Sequence record: NC_105618.1
Source: a phage
Length of the DNA stretch: 50,465 nt
Strand: one strand, 5' to 3'
Shown here: in pieces, positions 9,694 through 20,128 of the stretch
How positions within the stretch are numbered: position 1 is the first letter of the stretch
Layout of the letters: every line of letters starts with the position of its first letter
Notes under the pieces: generated by a model
The model's input: the letters and a program-made list of their open reading frames with translations, nothing else
Database searches by the model: none
What the model was told of the DNA's origin: nothing
Program-made: the position numbers and the translations under genes

Positions 9694-10362
9694 ATGCACT
9701 TACCAAATGGCGCGCAAATTTTCGTGGAAACCTCTCGCGGAGAAGAGATCGAGGCGACCGCTGTCACTAACGCAAAAAATCCTGTTGCTACAGTTGCATC
9801 TAAGGGCGACTTGGCAAAAGGTGATTACGTTATTGTAACTCAGTCAACTTGGGCTAAGATGGTTAGTCGAGTACTTATTGTTACCGATGCTCAGGAAACA
9901 AGCATTACTCTTACTGGAATTGACACTACTGATACTCTTGTTTTCCCGGCTGGCGGTACGATGAGCTTTGCAAAAGTTACTGGCTGGACTGAGATTCCTT
10001 GCGTACAGGAGATTGGTCAGGACGGCGGTGAGCAGCAGTACTACACTTATCAGTGTTTGTCCGACGATAAAGAGCAGCAGATCCCGACGTTTAAATCTGC
10101 AATCTCGCTAACTTACACCTTCGCGCACGAATTTGATAACCCGATCTACCCTATTCTGCGTAAGCTGGATTCTTCTGGTCAGGTAACTGCGGTTCGTATG
10201 TATGTTCCAAAAGCGAACGAGATGCGCATGTGGGCTGGCATCTTGTCTTTTAACGACATTCCGTCTACGCAAGTAAACGAAATGGAAACGGTACAACTAG
10301 CCGTATCCCTGAAGGGTGATTTCACTTTCGTTTCATCCTCTCTGGCATCACCTGGTGCCTAA
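9694..10362 (+). CDS. putative major tail protein
   Basis: 222 aa ORF directly upstream of tail chaperone pair and tape measure; AGGAGA RBS. Confidence 0.5.
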   Translation: MHLPNGAQIFVETSRGEEIEATAVTNAKNPVATVASKGDLAKGDYVIVTQSTWAKMVSRVLIVTDAQETSITLTGIDTTDTLVFPAGGTMSFAKVTGWTEIPCVQEIGQDGGEQQYYTYQCLSDDKEQQIPTFKSAISLTYTFAHEFDNPIYPILRKLDSSGQVTAVRMYVPKANEMRMWAGILSFNDIPSTQVNEMETVQLAVSLKGDFTFVSSSLASPGA

Positions 10363-10374
10363 ATCATATCCACA

Positions 10375-10396
10375 GGGGGCTTGCGCCCCCTTATTC
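10375..10396 (+). terminator. hairpin, possible weak terminator
   Basis: GGGGGC-TTGC-GCCCCC then TTATT. Confidence 0.4.
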
Positions 10397-10438
10397 ATTT
10401 CTGTAAAATCATCGTATCAACTTTTCACTATTCTCTTT

Positions 10439-10453
10439 TAACAAAAAGTGCTA
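10439..10453. promoter_or_regulatory. palindromic motif abutting RBS of tail chaperone gene
   Basis: TAACA-AAAAG-TGCTA directly followed by ttaACCAATCAGGAGA and ATG 10476. Confidence 0.4.
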
Positions 10454-10475
10454 TTAACCAATCAGGAGAAATATC

Positions 10476-10793
10476 ATGGCTAAATTTAATTTCGTTCTTG
10501 GTCAACTTCCAGACTTCAAACTTCCAGTCACCTTCACCATGCCTAACGGTGAAGATGCAACGATCATTTTCACTGTACGCCACCTTTCCAGTAAAGAAGT
10601 TCAGGATATGTATGCCAACCAGGGAGAAATGAACGATAGCGAGTTCATTACCAAGATCGCGTCAGGATGGAACCTTGAAGAAGAATTTAACGAAGAAAAT
10701 GCGCGAAAACTGGTTCAGTATTATCCTTCAGCAGCGTACAACCTGACAGCGACTTACATCAAGGCTCTCGCCGGACACCGCGCAAAAAACTAA
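10476..10793 (+). CDS. tail assembly chaperone (G-like)
   Basis: small ORF directly upstream of tape measure, ending at slippery A_AAA_AAC heptamer. Confidence 0.6.
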   Translation: MAKFNFVLGQLPDFKLPVTFTMPNGEDATIIFTVRHLSSKEVQDMYANQGEMNDSEFITKIASGWNLEEEFNEENARKLVQYYPSAAYNLTATYIKALAGHRAKN

Positions 10794-11110
10794 AAAGGGC
10801 GGTCTATCTGTTATATCAGAAGCCGCCAACAGAGGAACAATTGCGATCGGTTGGCTTAAGTCTTTCCGACTATGAAGACGAGGAGCCTGAAACGATAATT
10901 GGCGACGCTGAAATGGTGAAGGCTTGGAATGTTTTTACATCAATGCTCACTCAGTGGAGAAGTTCAGGCGCTGGCGCTTACGGTCTTGATTATAATGTTT
11001 TGCCTATGTTGTTTAAAATCTATAAAATAGAAGATGAAGAACTGGCATTGCAGGACGTTAGGATCATGGAAGCGAAAGCGCTTGAAATGATTGCTAAGCA
11101 GAATAACTAA
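10476..11110 (+). CDS. tail assembly chaperone frameshift product (G-T-like fusion)
   Basis: -1 frame is open from 10790 to 11110 (track ORF 10841-11110); heptamer A_AAA_AAC at 10784-10790 just before the G stop. Confidence 0.5.
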
Positions 11111-11132
11111 GCCGCCGTTTGGCGGTTTTTTT
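11111..11132 (+). terminator. intrinsic terminator
   Basis: GCCGCC-GTTT-GGCGG then T7. Confidence 0.65.
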
Positions 11133-11149
11133 GTATATAAGGGGGTTAT

Positions 11150-14023
11150 ATGGTTGATAAGGTAGCAGGTATATCGCTTGACGTTGATGTGTCGACAGTA
11201 CAGCGCGCCGTCAAGTCATTGAAAGAGTTTTCAAAAGCTAACGACCAAGCCGCTGACTCTATGGGGTCTTTAATCAATGAGGCCGAGGTTGCAAAACAGA
11301 AGGCTAAAGAACACGCTGAGCAACTTAAGCGCCAGCGCAAAGAGTACGAGGCTGTAGAAAAGGCAATCGATCCTACAGTTGCAAAAATGGAGAGGTTAAA
11401 AGTTGCTTCCCAGCAGCTTGATAAACTCTGGCAGCAAGGCGTCGTTCCAGATGACACGTTTTTCCGTTTAGGTGAAATGCTGGATATGCAAAACGCAAAA
11501 CTTGCTCGCAGTCGGGCGATGCTGACGGAAGAAGGTCAGGCGGCATTGCAGGAAGCGAAAGCAAAAGAGCAGGCGGCAGCACGAAGCAAGGCATTCATGG
11601 ATGCCCTGAATGGTCAAGTTAACGCGATCGGAAAGACTCACGCTGAATTGATGGAACTGAAAGCGGCTGAGCTTGGCTTATCGAAAGAAGCAGCGCCACT
11701 AATCGCAAAACTGAAAGATCAGGGTCGGGCAATGAATGCCGCAGGTATTAGCGCAGGGCAATATAGGCAGGCAATGCGAATGCTTCCTGCACAGATTACC
11801 GATGTCGTTACATCTCTTGCGTCCGGTATGCCAGTTTGGATGGTTGCCATCCAGCAAGGCGGTCAAATCAAGGATTCTTTCGGCGGGATCGGCAACACGT
11901 TTAAGGTATTGCTCAGTTATATTAATCCGGTCACAGCAGGTATTGGTGTTCTTGTCGGCTCTTTAGGTCTTCTTGCGAAAGCTGGTTATGACTCTTACAA
12001 GTCAATCACTGATATGCAAAACGCTCTCATTGAGACTGGCGGTTATGCAGGCGTTACGGCTGATGACCTTGATTCTGTTGCCAAAAAGATCGCACAGACA
12101 AGCAACTCAACCGTTGGAAGTGTTCGTGATATTGTAACGGAGTTGGCTAGTTCTGGTAAGTACACCCGCGAGCAGATCAAGAACATCACTAAGGCGACGG
12201 CTGAGTGGTCGGCAGCAACTGGAAAATCAGCAAGCCAAATCATTGCTGAGTTCGACAAAATCGCAAGCGATCCGGTTAAAGGTCTGGAGAAGTTAAACGA
12301 ACAATATAACTTCCTGGAGAAAGGACAACTGACATATATCGACACGCTAAGCCGCACTAAGGGTGAGACTGAGGCGGTGTCTGAAGCCACGAAATTATTC
12401 GCAGAAGTTATGGAGAAGCGAATGAAGTCGATCGCAGACAATGCCACACCTCTTGAAAAAATGTGGAACGATATTAAGCAGTGGTCCTCTGATGCGTGGG
12501 GATGGGTAGGGGATCATACTCTCGGGGCGCTTAACCTGATTATTGATGTGGTTCAGGGTACAGTGATTCAGGTAAAAATGATTCTTGCGAAAGGTGATGA
12601 GTACATATCAAACTTTATCGCATCTGCAATCAAGGCCACGCAATCCCTGCCTGGCATGAGTGATTTTGGTGCTGATGTGCTGAAGGAGCAGGAGAACATA
12701 GTAAAAAGTTCTCGCGACAACTACGACCAGTTGGCATCCGAGCTTGACGCCATTAACGCTCGTGTAGAAAAAGGAGAGATGGGATACGTTGAAGCGATGA
12801 AGCAGCGTCGCACTCTTGAAAAGCAGTACAGTGAGGAAACTAAGGAAGCAATAAGGAAAGAAGCGGAAGAGATCGAGAAGCGAAACAGAGAACGAAATAA
12901 GCAGTCGAAAATTGTACGTTCACCGACAGAGCAATTCGACAAGGAGCTAATTTCACTCAAAGCGCAGCTTAAGGTTTTGCAGGAGCACAAGGAGATCGGG
13001 CAAAAACTTTCCGCACAGAGAAAGGCGCTTTTTACGACCGAGGCTACGATTGCTGTTCTTCGTGAAGCCAGTTCTAAGCGTCAGTTGTCTACGGAAGAAA
13101 AAGCACTACTTGCAAACCAGGAGAAAGTTTTAGAGCTTGCGAAACAGAAGGCTGAGATTGGCGATCAGATTGTTAAGCAGCAGCAGTTGAACGCTCTTAC
13201 CGATAAATCACTGAAATTTGTCAATGATTTGACGGCAGCTACAGAGCAGCTAAACGCGTCTCGCGGGATGAGCACCCGAGAAATGGAACGACAAGCTGAG
13301 TTAGCTAAGATCACCACTGATTATATTAATGCAGGTGGCAGCGAAGGAGATGAGAAACTCCAGAACATGATCAAGGCACAAAATGATTACTATGCCGCTG
13401 AAGATGCCAAGCGTGCTGACTGGTTGGCAGGTGCTGAAAGCGCATTTGCAGATTACGGCGATTCTGCAATGGATATGTATGGTAACGTATATGATATCGC
13501 GTCAAGTTCACTTAACGGAATGAGTGATATGATGACCCAATTCCTGACTACAGGTAAGGCAAACTTTGAGGACTTTGCGAAAAACATCATTAGCATGATT
13601 ATAAAGATGATTGCTCAGATGGTAATCTTCAATACGATCTCAGGCATGATGGGCGGTAAGACGTGGAGCTTTGCTGGAGTGGCGTCGTCTGGTGCTTCTG
13701 CGGCATCACAGGCAACCCCTACGCCTGCCGCCTCCGGTTTTAGGTCTTTATCATCTGGCGTTGCTGTTACCTCGCTTGCTGCCGCAGCTGGTAGTGTAGC
13801 AACATCTGGATTTAACGCATCTAAAGCAGCGCCGAAGGCAGTAAACCAATCAGCAGGCGGGACGGTCGTTGACGTTAGGGGTATGGAGGTTAAAGTTGAC
13901 AACGGTTCAGATCCGAGAGGCATTTCTCAGGGTGTAGAAATGATGTTCAAAAAAATGATTCGTGAGTCTTGTTCTCAGGGCGGTGAGGTTTATAATTACA
14001 TTCAGGAAAAAACAGGAGGTTAA
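11150..14023 (+). CDS. tail tape measure protein
   Basis: 957 aa, long coiled-coil Ala/Glu/Lys/Gln-rich regions, hydrophobic Gly/Ala segment near C-terminus. Confidence 0.9.
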   Translation: MVDKVAGISLDVDVSTVQRAVKSLKEFSKANDQAADSMGSLINEAEVAKQKAKEHAEQLKRQRKEYEAVEKAIDPTVAKMERLKVASQQLDKLWQQGVVPDDTFFRLGEMLDMQNAKLARSRAMLTEEGQAALQEAKAKEQAAARSKAFMDALNGQVNAIGKTHAELMELKAAELGLSKEAAPLIAKLKDQGRAMNAAGISAGQYRQAMRMLPAQITDVVTSLASGMPVWMVAIQQGGQIKDSFGGIGNTFKVLLSYINPVTAGIGVLVGSLGLLAKAGYDSYKSITDMQNALIETGGYAGVTADDLDSVAKKIAQTSNSTVGSVRDIVTELASSGKYTREQIKNITKATAEWSAATGKSASQIIAEFDKIASDPVKGLEKLNEQYNFLEKGQLTYIDTLSRTKGETEAVSEATKLFAEVMEKRMKSIADNATPLEKMWNDIKQWSSDAWGWVGDHTLGALNLIIDVVQGTVIQVKMILAKGDEYISNFIASAIKATQSLPGMSDFGADVLKEQENIVKSSRDNYDQLASELDAINARVEKGEMGYVEAMKQRRTLEKQYSEETKEAIRKEAEEIEKRNRERNKQSKIVRSPTEQFDKELISLKAQLKVLQEHKEIGQKLSAQRKALFTTEATIAVLREASSKRQLSTEEKALLANQEKVLELAKQKAEIGDQIVKQQQLNALTDKSLKFVNDLTAATEQLNASRGMSTREMERQAELAKITTDYINAGGSEGDEKLQNMIKAQNDYYAAEDAKRADWLAGAESAFADYGDSAMDMYGNVYDIASSSLNGMSDMMTQFLTTGKANFEDFAKNIISMIIKMIAQMVIFNTISGMMGGKTWSFAGVASSGASAASQATPTPAASGFRSLSSGVAVTSLAAAAGSVATSGFNASKAAPKAVNQSAGGTVVDVRGMEVKVDNGSDPRGISQGVEMMFKKMIRESCSQGGEVYNYIQEKTGG

Positions 14024-14025
14024 TA

Positions 14026-14379
14026 ATGGCGACACTTGACACTTTCGGTTGGTGTACGCAGGTTCAAGGGGGCGGTGGCTCCCTTACCACTACCAATAAC
14101 GACCGCTCCATCCAGTTTGGTAATGGCTACATGCAGCTTGCATCGTCTGGATTTAACACCACTCGACGCGAGTATTCAGTTGTCTATGCCGGGGAAGATT
14201 TCATGGCTGTTTACGGCTTCTGCGATTCTCACCGCATTAAGCCGTTCGCATGGATGCCGCCGGACGGGAAGATCGGGATATGGGTTGTCAAGCCTAACAG
14301 CCTGGGAGCGAAGCCAGTATCACGCGACGTGATGGAGATTAACGTAACGTTTATTGAGCAGTTTACATCTATGAAATAG
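14026..14379 (+). CDS. minor tail protein (lambda M-like)
   Basis: about 117 aa; FGW...FGNGY.Q.A..G.N...Y...W.PP pattern resembling lambda gpM; position after tape measure. Confidence 0.55.
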   Translation: MATLDTFGWCTQVQGGGGSLTTTNNDRSIQFGNGYMQLASSGFNTTRREYSVVYAGEDFMAVYGFCDSHRIKPFAWMPPDGKIGIWVVKPNSLGAKPVSRDVMEINVTFIEQFTSMK

Positions 14380-14393
14380 CTACTCATAACAAA

Positions 14394-14418
14394 AGCCCGC
14401 CTTGCGCGGGTTTTTTTG
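14394..14418 (+). terminator. intrinsic terminator (copy 1 of duplicated module)
   Basis: GCCCGCCTTGCGCGGG then T7, followed by CTGTAGAATGG. Confidence 0.7.
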
Positions 14419-14458
14419 TAGCTGTAGAATGGTTGCTGGTAAACAAGAGGAAAAATCA

Positions 14459-15241
14459 ATGAGCGAAAACAAAAAACTTTATGATGAAGAAAGCGGGAGA
14501 AGCCTGTTTCACAACTGCCTACAATCACTGTATCCTGGCGAGATAATCACCCTTATTGAAGTTGATGGTAGTAAGTTCGGTGCTCAGGTGTACCGATTCC
14601 ACGGGGAGAATATCCAGTACACTCCAGAAGAAATCATGCAGGCCCAGCAAACAGGAACGCTACCGCCGAAAGAAATTACCTTCCGCGGTGAACAGTACGG
14701 CGCGCGACCGTTCGGTATATCCGGGATCTCGTTCGACAGTTCAGGTAAGGCGACAAAACCACAATTAACGGTAGCAAACATTGATAGTCGAGTGTCTGCG
14801 ATGATTCGCGCGTATAACGGATTGATGCAGGCGAAGGTGACAATCTGGATAACTCAAAAGGACTTGATTAAACCTGATGGCTCAATCGCTGATGGTGCTT
14901 ATCGGAAGCTGGTATACTATATCGAACGCCCGAGCTATGTCGATAAGAGTGTTGCACGATTCGATCTCACGTCGCCGTATGATATGGATGGAATCATGAT
15001 ACCGTCACGACTCACGCAAAGCGTTTGCTATTGGGCGCAGCGTGGCTGGTATAAAACAGGGAAAGGTTGCGGATACAACGGGCAAAACGGTTACTTTGAC
15101 AAAGACAATAATCCTGTAAATGATCCCGCTCTCGACTTCTGCCCGGGAACGGTAACTGCCTGCCGCCTGCGATTCGGTGCAAACAATGAATTGGATTTTG
15201 GCGGCTGTGCTGTCGCTTCACTACAGAGGAAAAATCAATGA
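14459..15241 (+). CDS. minor tail protein (lambda L-like)
   Basis: position; C-terminal Cys cluster; AGAGGA RBS before in-frame ATG 14459. Confidence 0.6.
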   Translation: MSENKKLYDEESGRSLFHNCLQSLYPGEIITLIEVDGSKFGAQVYRFHGENIQYTPEEIMQAQQTGTLPPKEITFRGEQYGARPFGISGISFDSSGKATKPQLTVANIDSRVSAMIRAYNGLMQAKVTIWITQKDLIKPDGSIADGAYRKLVYYIERPSYVDKSVARFDLTSPYDMDGIMIPSRLTQSVCYWAQRGWYKTGKGCGYNGQNGYFDKDNNPVNDPALDFCPGTVTACRLRFGANNELDFGGCAVASLQRKNQ

Positions 15242-15972
15242 TTAGTGCAAAAATTAAACTTGAAATTATGACCCACGCTCAAGAAGAATACCCCCGCGAA
15301 TGCTGCGGGGTAGTTACCCAAAAGGGCCGTGTGCAAAAATACCACAGAGTCGATAATGTGCATCGTGATCCTGAAAATCATTTCATGATGGATGCTGTGC
15401 AGTACGCATGTATTGAGGACGATGCGGAATCAACCACGATCGCAATTGTTCATAGTCACACCGGGGACGGAGCTACAACTCTTCCAAGCGCTCACGATAC
15501 GTGCATGTGTAATGAGATGGAAGTGACATGGATTATTGTTAGCGTACCGGAAGGAGATATGCGATTTGTGAAGCCTGAGAAATTACCTCTGATTGGTCGT
15601 CCGTGGTCGTTAGGCTCATTTGACTGTTATGGTCTTGTTATGGCTTGGCACAAAGAGCACGGCGTAGAATTGCGCGATCGAAGGTTGAATTTTGAATGGT
15701 GGAAACCGGAATATGGAATTAATCTCTATCAGGATTATTACAAGCAAGATGGATTCGTTGAGATTCCAGATCAGAATAATCCGTCGCTCGGTGATATGGT
15801 AATCATGCAGATAGGGCAAAATGTTCCGGTGTGGAACCATGCGGGGATTTACCTGGGTGATAATCAGATCTTGCATCACGCATTCGGAAAGCTATCACGT
15901 CGTGATATTTATTCCGGCTGGTATCAGGATCACACGGTTTTAATTGTTCGCCATAAGGATCTTAAATTATGA
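15238..15972 (+). CDS. tail assembly protein (lambda K-like, JAMM/MPN + NlpC/P60-like)
   Basis: ECCG...HSH..D metal-binding motif followed by Cys/His papain-like domain. Confidence 0.7.
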   Translation: MISAKIKLEIMTHAQEEYPRECCGVVTQKGRVQKYHRVDNVHRDPENHFMMDAVQYACIEDDAESTTIAIVHSHTGDGATTLPSAHDTCMCNEMEVTWIIVSVPEGDMRFVKPEKLPLIGRPWSLGSFDCYGLVMAWHKEHGVELRDRRLNFEWWKPEYGINLYQDYYKQDGFVEIPDQNNPSLGDMVIMQIGQNVPVWNHAGIYLGDNQILHHAFGKLSRRDIYSGWYQDHTVLIVRHKDLKL

Positions 15973-16568
15973 ATGATGTAAAAGTAATCAAGTTATCCGG
16001 TTCGCTTGGTAGGCGCTTCGGTGTCTTTCACCGCTTTGCTGTTGACTCTTACCCTGAAGCCATTCGTGCGCTATCCAGTCAGGTAGATGGATTTAAAGAA
16101 TACATGCAGAGCGAGGTGGGATCACGTAGCAAGTTTGCAATATTTGTAGATGGCGTTAACGTTGGACACCATGAAGAGGAAAAATTCAAGTGCGCCAAAG
16201 AGATAAGGATTGTCCCGATCCCGACTGGTTCTAAGTCCGGCGGTCTATTCCAGGTTGTATTGGGTGCTGCAATAATGGTTGCGGCATTCTATACTGGCGG
16301 CGCATCTCTGGCGTTAATGGGCACAATGTCCTCATCACTGTTTATGATGGGCGGCGCTATGGTGCTGGGAGGCGTGATGCAGATGATTTCACCGCAGCCT
16401 GGAGGGGCAAACTTTGAAGTTCAATCAAGCAAGAATAAACCTTCGTACGCGTTCGGCGGTGCTGTCAATACGACGGCGGCGGGATACCCTCTCCCGGTCC
16501 CGTATGGATATCGCGCCGGAGGTGGCGCAACGTTCTCAGCAGGTTCCTATGCTGAGGATATGAGTTAA
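15969..16568 (+). CDS. tail assembly protein (lambda I-like)
   Basis: position before J-like gene; Gly/Ala-rich hydrophobic C-terminus. Confidence 0.55.
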   Translation: MNDVKVIKLSGSLGRRFGVFHRFAVDSYPEAIRALSSQVDGFKEYMQSEVGSRSKFAIFVDGVNVGHHEEEKFKCAKEIRIVPIPTGSKSGGLFQVVLGAAIMVAAFYTGGASLALMGTMSSSLFMMGGAMVLGGVMQMISPQPGGANFEVQSSKNKPSYAFGGAVNTTAAGYPLPVPYGYRAGGGATFSAGSYAEDMS

Positions 16569-16573
16569 AATAT

Positions 16574-16598
16574 ACCCGCCTTGCGCGGGTTTTTTTTC
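16574..16598 (+). terminator. intrinsic terminator (copy 2 of duplicated module)
   Basis: ACCCGCCTTGCGCGGGT then T8, followed by CTGTATAATGG. Confidence 0.7.
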
Positions 16599-16645
16599 GC
16601 CTGTATAATGGGTTCACCGATAAATAGCACAAAAAGGTAAACATC

Positions 16646-19600
16646 ATGATTCAAAAAGTGATAAGCGGATCGAAAGGCGGTTCACCTAAGCCGCATAAGC
16701 CAGTTGAGATGGAAGATAATCTAATCTCAATCAACAAAATCAAGATCCTATTAGCTGTGTCTGATGGCGAGATTGACGAAACATTCAGCCTAAAGCAGTT
16801 GATGTTTAACTCAGTCCCGGTGCAAAACGAGGATGGCTCATTTAACTTCGAGGGAGTAAAGGCAGAGTTTAGGCCTGGGACGCAGACTCAGGAATATATC
16901 AAGGGGATGGAAGATAGCTCTAGTGAGGTAACTGTAAACCGTGAGGTTACTACAGATAACCCATACACGATCTCAGTAACCAACAAAACGCTTTCGGCAA
17001 TCCGTATCAAAATGTTTATGCCTCGCGGCGTAAGAATTGAGAGCAACGGAGACAAAAACGGCGTTCGAGTTGAGTACGAAGTACAGCAAGCGGTTGATGG
17101 TGGTTCGTTTGAGACTGTTCTCACTGACGTAATCGAAGGAAAAACAATGTCTGGTTACGATCGAAGCAGACGTGTAAACCTACCTAACTTCAACAATCAG
17201 GTGATATTCAGAGTCGTTCGTAAAACTCCAGACTCTAACGACTCGAACGTTGTTGACGCGATTCAGGTAAAGAGCTATGCCGAGGTGATTGATGCCAAAT
17301 TCCGTTACCCTCTGACTGGTCTTCTTTTCGTCGAGTTCGATTCGAAGATGTTCCCAAACCAGTTACCTACGATCTCAATTCGTAAGCGCTGGAAGATTGT
17401 AAACGTTCCGTCAAACTATGATCCAGAATCACGAACTTATAACGGAAATTGGGATGGAACTTTTAAGAAGGCGTGGACTAATAATCCGGCCTGGGTACTT
17501 TATGACCTGATGATTAATCAGCGTTATGGGCTTGATCAGAAAGAGCTTGGAATATCTGTCGATAAATGGGCGCTATATGAGGCGGCGCAATATTGCGATC
17601 AGATGGTTCCTGACGGTAAAGGCGGTACTGAGCCTCGCTACCTTTGCGACGTGATAATTCAGTCACAGACTGATGCGTACAAGGTGATTCGAGATATTTG
17701 CTCAATCTTCCGTGGAATGAGCTTTTGGAATGGTGAAAGCATTTCGGTAATCATCGACAGGCCGCGTGAACCTGCGTACATCTTCACTAATGACAACGTG
17801 GTTAATGGTGACTTCTCCTACACGTTCGCAAGCGAAAAGAGCATGTACACGACGTGTAATGTGATGTTTGATGATGAACAAAACATGTATCAGCAGGACG
17901 TTGAGCCAGTATTCGATCGTGAGGCTACTCTAAGGTTTGGTAACAACGTAACGAGCATTACAGCGATCGGTTGCACACGTCGAAGCGAGGCCAACCGACG
18001 CGGGAGGTGGATTCTGAAAACTAACCTCCGCAGCACTACGGTAAACTTCGCTACCGGACTTGAGGGCATGATCCCGACAATCGGAGATGTTGTAGCAATA
18101 GCTGATAATTTCTGGTCAAGTAACTTAACGATGAACCTGTCAGGGCGTTTGCTCGAAGTATCCGGTAGTCAGATTTTCCTGCCGTTCCGCGTTGATGCTC
18201 GCGCAGGTGACTTTATCATCTTAAATAAGCCCGATGGCAAGCCCGTGAAGCGCACAATCTCAAGTGTTAGTGCGGATGGTAAGACTATAGAGGTTAACAT
18301 CGGCTTTGGCTTTCCTGTGAAGCCTAACACGGTGTTTGCAATTGACCGCACCGACATTGCGTTACAGCAGTACGTCGTGACCAAAATCGACAAGGGTGAT
18401 GATGATGAGGAGTTTACCTACAAGATTACGGCGGTTGAGTACGATCCTAACAAGTATGATGAGATTGATTACGGAGTTAACATCGACGACCGACCGACGA
18501 GCATTGTTGAACCAGATCAGATCCCTAGACCGGAAAATGTGCAAGTGTCCTCAGAGTCTAGAATCGTGCAGGGAATGAGCGTAGAAACGATGATTGTTAG
18601 CTGGGATAAAGTGCCGTACGCAGTTTTCTATGACGTCCAGTGGAGAAAGGATAATGGAAACTGGCAGAACGTCCCGCAGACGGCAAACAAGGAGGTTTAT
18701 GTTGAAGGGATTTACGCTGGAAACTATCAGGTTCGCGTGCGATCAGTAGCTGGTTCCGGAACGACTTCGGGATGGTCAAATATCGTCGCAGCGACGCTGA
18801 CAGGTAAGCAGGGTGAGCCTGGTCGACCGATTAACCTTACAGCTACGGATGACGTTGTTTTTGGTATCCGTACAAAGTGGGGGTTCTCTGATGGTTCTGG
18901 AGATACGGCCTATACAGAATTGCAACAGTCACCGGATGGAACGGTTGATAACGCAAGTTTGCTATCTCTTATTCCATACCCGCAGCATGAGTATTATCAC
19001 TCACCAATGCCAGGGGGGAATATCGTGTGGTATCGAGTAAGAACTGTGGACAGGATCGGTAACGTGTCGCAATGGACTGATTTTGTCAGGGGCATGGCAT
19101 CAACAAACGTTGACGATATAATTGGTGAAATTTCTGTAGATATCGAAAACTCACCTGGTTATAAATGGCTTGTTGAGAATGCCACCGATAACTCGGCACA
19201 GAACGCAGCTAACGCAGAGGCAGCAATCGAAAATGCGTTAGCTAATGATAAAGACGCGATCTACATGAAGAAGGAGAACGGAAAGCGAAAAGCTGAGTAC
19301 ACCAAATCTCTTAAGCTGATTGCTGATGAGACGCAAGCGCGAGTGACGTCGATCGAGCAGTTGAAGGCAAGTTTTGACGATCAGATTAGCGCAAGCAATA
19401 GCGAGTTGCGTGAAGTTATAGCGACCGAGACTGGAGCGATATCGCGTGAAATTGACCAACTCAAGGCTCAGATTGGTGACGATATTCAGGCGAGCTTGAC
19501 AGATATCCGAGAGGCTATCGCAAACGAGACTGAGGCCAGAACTCAGGCCGACTTAACGTTAAACGCGAGGCTTGGAAATAACGAGGCGGCACTTGCTCAA

Positions 19601-20098
19601 AAACTTGACTCTTGGAGTAATGCGAGTTCTACCGGGGCGATGTACGGCGTTAAGCTGGGGCTGAAATACAACGGGCAGGAATACAGCGCAGGAATGGCTA
19701 TGTCCCTGATTGGTTCCGGCGCGGCTGTTAAGGCTCAGATTCTTTTTGAGGCGTCACGATTTGCAATCATGACCGGGATGAATGGAAAGACACAATACCC
19801 GTTTGTTGTTGAGAATGGTCAGGTTATTTTAAGTAGCGCGATCATTAAAAACGGATTCATCACTAATGCTATGATTGGAAACGTTATTCAATCGAATAAC
19901 TTCTCTTCAGGTAGTGCTGGATGGATGGTTAACAAGAATGGATCGGCTGAGTTTAATGCGGTTACTGTCAGAGGCAAACTTTACGCAAGTAACGGTGAGT
20001 TTGCATTCAACGGAACGGGTAATACCGTTCAGATTAACAATAACGGCATCACGGTAAACTTACCTGGTGGCGGGAAAGTTGTAGTGGGGAGGTGGTAA
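16646..20098 (+). CDS. central tail fibre / tail tip protein (lambda J-like)
   Basis: 1150 aa; follows the M-L-K-I-like genes; FN3-like region. Confidence 0.85.
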   Translation: MIQKVISGSKGGSPKPHKPVEMEDNLISINKIKILLAVSDGEIDETFSLKQLMFNSVPVQNEDGSFNFEGVKAEFRPGTQTQEYIKGMEDSSSEVTVNREVTTDNPYTISVTNKTLSAIRIKMFMPRGVRIESNGDKNGVRVEYEVQQAVDGGSFETVLTDVIEGKTMSGYDRSRRVNLPNFNNQVIFRVVRKTPDSNDSNVVDAIQVKSYAEVIDAKFRYPLTGLLFVEFDSKMFPNQLPTISIRKRWKIVNVPSNYDPESRTYNGNWDGTFKKAWTNNPAWVLYDLMINQRYGLDQKELGISVDKWALYEAAQYCDQMVPDGKGGTEPRYLCDVIIQSQTDAYKVIRDICSIFRGMSFWNGESISVIIDRPREPAYIFTNDNVVNGDFSYTFASEKSMYTTCNVMFDDEQNMYQQDVEPVFDREATLRFGNNVTSITAIGCTRRSEANRRGRWILKTNLRSTTVNFATGLEGMIPTIGDVVAIADNFWSSNLTMNLSGRLLEVSGSQIFLPFRVDARAGDFIILNKPDGKPVKRTISSVSADGKTIEVNIGFGFPVKPNTVFAIDRTDIALQQYVVTKIDKGDDDEEFTYKITAVEYDPNKYDEIDYGVNIDDRPTSIVEPDQIPRPENVQVSSESRIVQGMSVETMIVSWDKVPYAVFYDVQWRKDNGNWQNVPQTANKEVYVEGIYAGNYQVRVRSVAGSGTTSGWSNIVAATLTGKQGEPGRPINLTATDDVVFGIRTKWGFSDGSGDTAYTELQQSPDGTVDNASLLSLIPYPQHEYYHSPMPGGNIVWYRVRTVDRIGNVSQWTDFVRGMASTNVDDIIGEISVDIENSPGYKWLVENATDNSAQNAANAEAAIENALANDKDAIYMKKENGKRKAEYTKSLKLIADETQARVTSIEQLKASFDDQISASNSELREVIATETGAISREIDQLKAQIGDDIQASLTDIREAIANETEARTQADLTLNARLGNNEAALAQKLDSWSNASSTGAMYGVKLGLKYNGQEYSAGMAMSLIGSGAAVKAQILFEASRFAIMTGMNGKTQYPFVVENGQVILSSAIIKNGFITNAMIGNVIQSNNFSSGSAGWMVNKNGSAEFNAVTVRGKLYASNGEFAFNGTGNTVQINNNGITVNLPGGGKVVVGRW

Positions 20099-20104
20099 AA
20101 TATA

Positions 20105-20128
20105 AGGGGCCGAGTGGCCCCTTTTTTA
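20105..20128. terminator. bidirectional intrinsic terminator
   Basis: GGGGCC-GAGT-GGCCCC hairpin flanked by A-run and T-run between convergent genes. Confidence 0.7.
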
